A DNA stretch of 54,195 nucleotides from an uncultured archaeon (lineage in GTDB: Archaea > Aenigmatarchaeota > Aenigmatarchaeia > Aenigmatarchaeales > Aenigmatarchaeaceae), in the NCBI GenBank assembly GCA_964348065.1, contig CAYGBE010000092.1, forward strand, positions 1-54,195. The letters are read 5' to 3'. Made by a program: the position numbers and the translations under genes. The notes beneath the pieces are model-generated. The model was given only the letters and a program-made list of their open reading frames with translations. It was not told the origin of the DNA and ran no database searches. Shown one piece after another: positions 52,326-54,195 of this stretch. Position 1 is the first letter of the stretch; every line of letters begins with the position of its first letter.

Positions 52326-54195
52326 AGGATATTCAGGTCAAAGCCAGTTATTGATTCCATTACTCATAGTTCTAGGTTCTGTAGTAGCTTTTGCTGCAAA
52401 CACAACAATAGATGCTTTTAATTCAAGTTTAAATGGTTCTAACTCAACCATAAATGGAACTATTATAGGAATACCAGAAACAACAGAAAAGATCTTTCCA
52501 ATAGATGTCTGGGCTAACACTTCTATTAATCTTGAAATCGGTGAAAATCTGGTTAGAGCCACTCTAGTTCTAGATAATGGAGACCTCCTAGAAAATCAGC
52601 AAATTGATTTTTACTTGAATAATACTATTCTAGGTTCTGGCTTGACTAATCTTGAGGGGTTTGTTGACTTTCCTGTTTCTGATAATGGAACTTTAAAAGC
52701 TGCTTTCAATGGTGATTCTTCTTTGTTTTATAATCCTTCTGAGACTAAACTTGACATGATAAGGCCTGCAAACATAACATTTAATGAAACTGAGGAAAAT
52801 GTGACAACAGAAACTTTAGAAATAAGTTTTGATAGGAATTTGGATTGTCATAAATGTGGAAAACACAAAGTACCTCCATTAACTGACGTTAATATAACTA
52901 TAGAAGCTAGTGCATCTTCTGAAATAGACGGAACTTTAATTGATTATTATCCAAATGGGTGGTTTGTTGTTAATAGCAATGATGGTATTGTTAGTGAATA
53001 CAATTCAAGCTATAATAAAATAGAATGGGAGGTGCTAAATATAACAGAAGTTTCAAGACGGTATGTGTTAAAGAGTCCGCAGAGAACTTTGCCTCCTACT
53101 GATTATTATTTTCAATCTGAATTATTTGGTATTAAATCAGATTGGTGGAAAATAAAAGTGGCTGATCCTGAATTTAATACAACACTCTTCAATGATTCAT
53201 TTGAGACTTGGGCAACCAATTCAGACTGTAATGATGGTACACTTTGGGATGAGTGTGTTGATGCGGGAGCAGCAGGATACTTAAGAGGACACAGTGGAAC
53301 AGAATGTTATTCAAGTAAATGTTTAGAAATAGGGGAGGAAATTTGGACTAGCGGATACTTGTTAGAATGTATTAATTTAGCATCATACGCAACAGCTTAC
53401 CTAAATTTTTATTGGTCAACAAGTGAGCTTGATGCTGGAGAATATGGCACGATTAATATAAATGAAACAGGTTCTGGTTGGACAGAGATATTTGCCCAGA
53501 CTGATGATTCGAGTGTGACGTATGCAAGCCTTAATATAACAGACTATGTATCTTCTTACACTTGTATTAGATTAAATTCAAATGCTTCTTCAGGAAATGC
53601 AGAACAAATTTACTTTGACGAATTTGAGATAATCGGAGGGACTATAGATAGTACACCGCCGACCTTTAATATCAATAATTCTAATGCAAGTTCCATTAAT
53701 ATGGGTGATCCTGTTTTAATATATGCCAACTGGTCTGATGATTATAACTTAGGTTATGCTTGGTTATCAACTAATGAAACTAGTGCATGGGTTAATTATA
53801 CTGATGGAACTTATGGTTCTCCAATAGACATTAATTTGTCTGCTGGTGAGACCTGGAGTAATTTCACGTGGGATAATGATTCGTTCTCTGGAATCGTTGC
53901 TTGGAAAATATATGCTAATGATTCGGTTGGTAATGAGAATGTTACTGGTGAGGGAATAATTAATGTTACAGATAATACACCACCAACCTTTACAAATAAT
54001 AATTCTAACACAAGTCTCATTAGTTCAGGGGACCCTGTCTTAATATATGCTAATTGGTCTGATAATTTGGATTTAAATTATTCTTGGCTATCCACCAATG
54101 AAACTAGTGCATGGGTTAATTATACTGATGGAACTTATGGTTCTCCAATAGACATTAATTTGTCTGCTGGTGAGACCTGGAGTAATTTCACGTGG
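52315..54195 (+). CDS. Large secreted, sequon-rich surface/adhesin-like protein, 5' part (runs off the right edge); not in the supplied ORF track
   Basis: My hand translation from the ATG at 52315 stays open for 627 codons to the window end. The N-terminus MKHKGYSGQSQLLIPLLIVLGSVVAFA is signal-like, N-x-S/T sites are dense, and 108-aa tandem repeats sit at the 3' end. Confidence 0.7.
   Translation, partial: MKHKGYSGQSQLLIPLLIVLGSVVAFAANTTIDAFNSSLNGSNSTINGTIIGIPETTEKIFPIDVWANTSINLEIGENLVRATLVLDNGDLLENQQIDFYLNNTILGSGLTNLEGFVDFPVSDNGTLKAAFNGDSSLFYNPSETKLDMIRPANITFNETEENVTTETLEISFDRNLDCHKCGKHKVPPLTDVNITIEASASSEIDGTLIDYYPNGWFVVNSNDGIVSEYNSSYNKIEWEVLNITEVSRRYVLKSPQRTLPPTDYYFQSELFGIKSDWWKIKVADPEFNTTLFNDSFETWATNSDCNDGTLWDECVDAGAAGYLRGHSGTECYSSKCLEIGEEIWTSGYLLECINLASYATAYLNFYWSTSELDAGEYGTININETGSGWTEIFAQTDDSSVTYASLNITDYVSSYTCIRLNSNASSGNAEQIYFDEFEIIGGTIDSTPPTFNINNSNASSINMGDPVLIYANWSDDYNLGYAWLSTNETSAWVNYTDGTYGSPIDINLSAGETWSNFTWDNDSFSGIVAWKIYANDSVGNENVTGEGIINVTDNTPPTFTNNNSNTSLISSGDPVLIYANWSDNLDLNYSWLSTNETSAWVNYTDGTYGSPIDINLSAGETWSNFTW
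53773..54195. repeat. 324-nt (108-aa) tandem repeat in the surface-protein gene; 99 nt are identical between copies
   Basis: 53773-53871 equals 54097-54195 exactly (aatgaaactagtgcatgggttaattatactgatgg...cacgtgg). The preceding parts of each unit (PPTFN/PPTFT...GDPVLIYANWSD) are diverged. Confidence 0.85.

Noticed and set aside
52338-52562. Minus-strand ORFs 52338-52562 and 53811-54020 from the track.
   Set aside because: Both lie antisense to a 627-codon open plus-strand frame that has a signal peptide, sequons and tandem repeats. The plus-strand reading is far better supported.
1-54195. Looked for prophage, transposon or integrative-element boundaries and for CRISPR-Cas anywhere in the window.
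   Set aside because: I recognised no integrase, transposase, capsid, terminase or cas gene, and no terminal inverted repeats. The only mobile-DNA-like trace is the 11-nt tRNA-Asn 3'-end duplication, which is reported separately at low interest.

Overview
This is an AT-rich (about 30% GC by eye), very compact archaeal chromosome segment. It looks like a small-genome DPANN-type archaeon: Lys/Glu-rich proteins, tiny or overlapping intergenic gaps, GGTGA-type ribosome-binding sites and TATA-like promoters. The window opens inside the 5' end of a 16S rRNA gene on the minus strand.

Housekeeping and archaeal hallmark genes:
- RNA genes: tRNA-Arg(UCG) and tRNA-Asn(GUU).
- Information processing: AsnRS plus a truncated AsnRS paralog, FtsZ, ATP-dependent DNA ligase, Hjc, TFS, RpoL, Dph2.
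- Metabolism and lipids: ThrC, PEP synthase, G1P dehydrogenase, GGGP synthase.
- Repair-type genes: an XPF-type nuclease, a Hef-type helicase and a HerA-like ATPase.
- Membrane proteases: presenilin-like, rhomboid, S2P/M50 and signal peptidase.
- Envelope genes: glycosylation enzymes and sequon-rich surface proteins.

I found no CRISPR array, cas gene, transposase or integrase.

Most interesting observations:
1. An apparently orphan CARF-HEPN-like protein sits in a gap-free four-gene operon with a SAM methyltransferase and two proteins I cannot place (26008-29548).
2. A roughly 107-nt GC-enriched structured RNA, with its own TATA box and oligo-T terminator and of unknown class, lies at 44638-44744.
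3. That RNA and a 711-aa mosaic-repeat wHTH protein sit between the helicase and nuclease halves of a split Hef.
4. An 86-nt perfect inverted repeat is shared by two unrelated coding regions 12.6 kb apart.
5. A PurF homolog lacks its N-terminal nucleophile cysteine and lies next to an AsnRS / AsnRS-paralog / AbrB cluster.
6. Several conspicuous regulatory repeat sets occur upstream of an Orc1/Cdc6-like AAA+ gene, upstream of ftsZ, and upstream of a twin wHTH / surface-protein operon.

All protein calls rest on motifs recognised by eye in the supplied translations. No database search or folding program was run, and start codons were re-checked by hand against the DNA.
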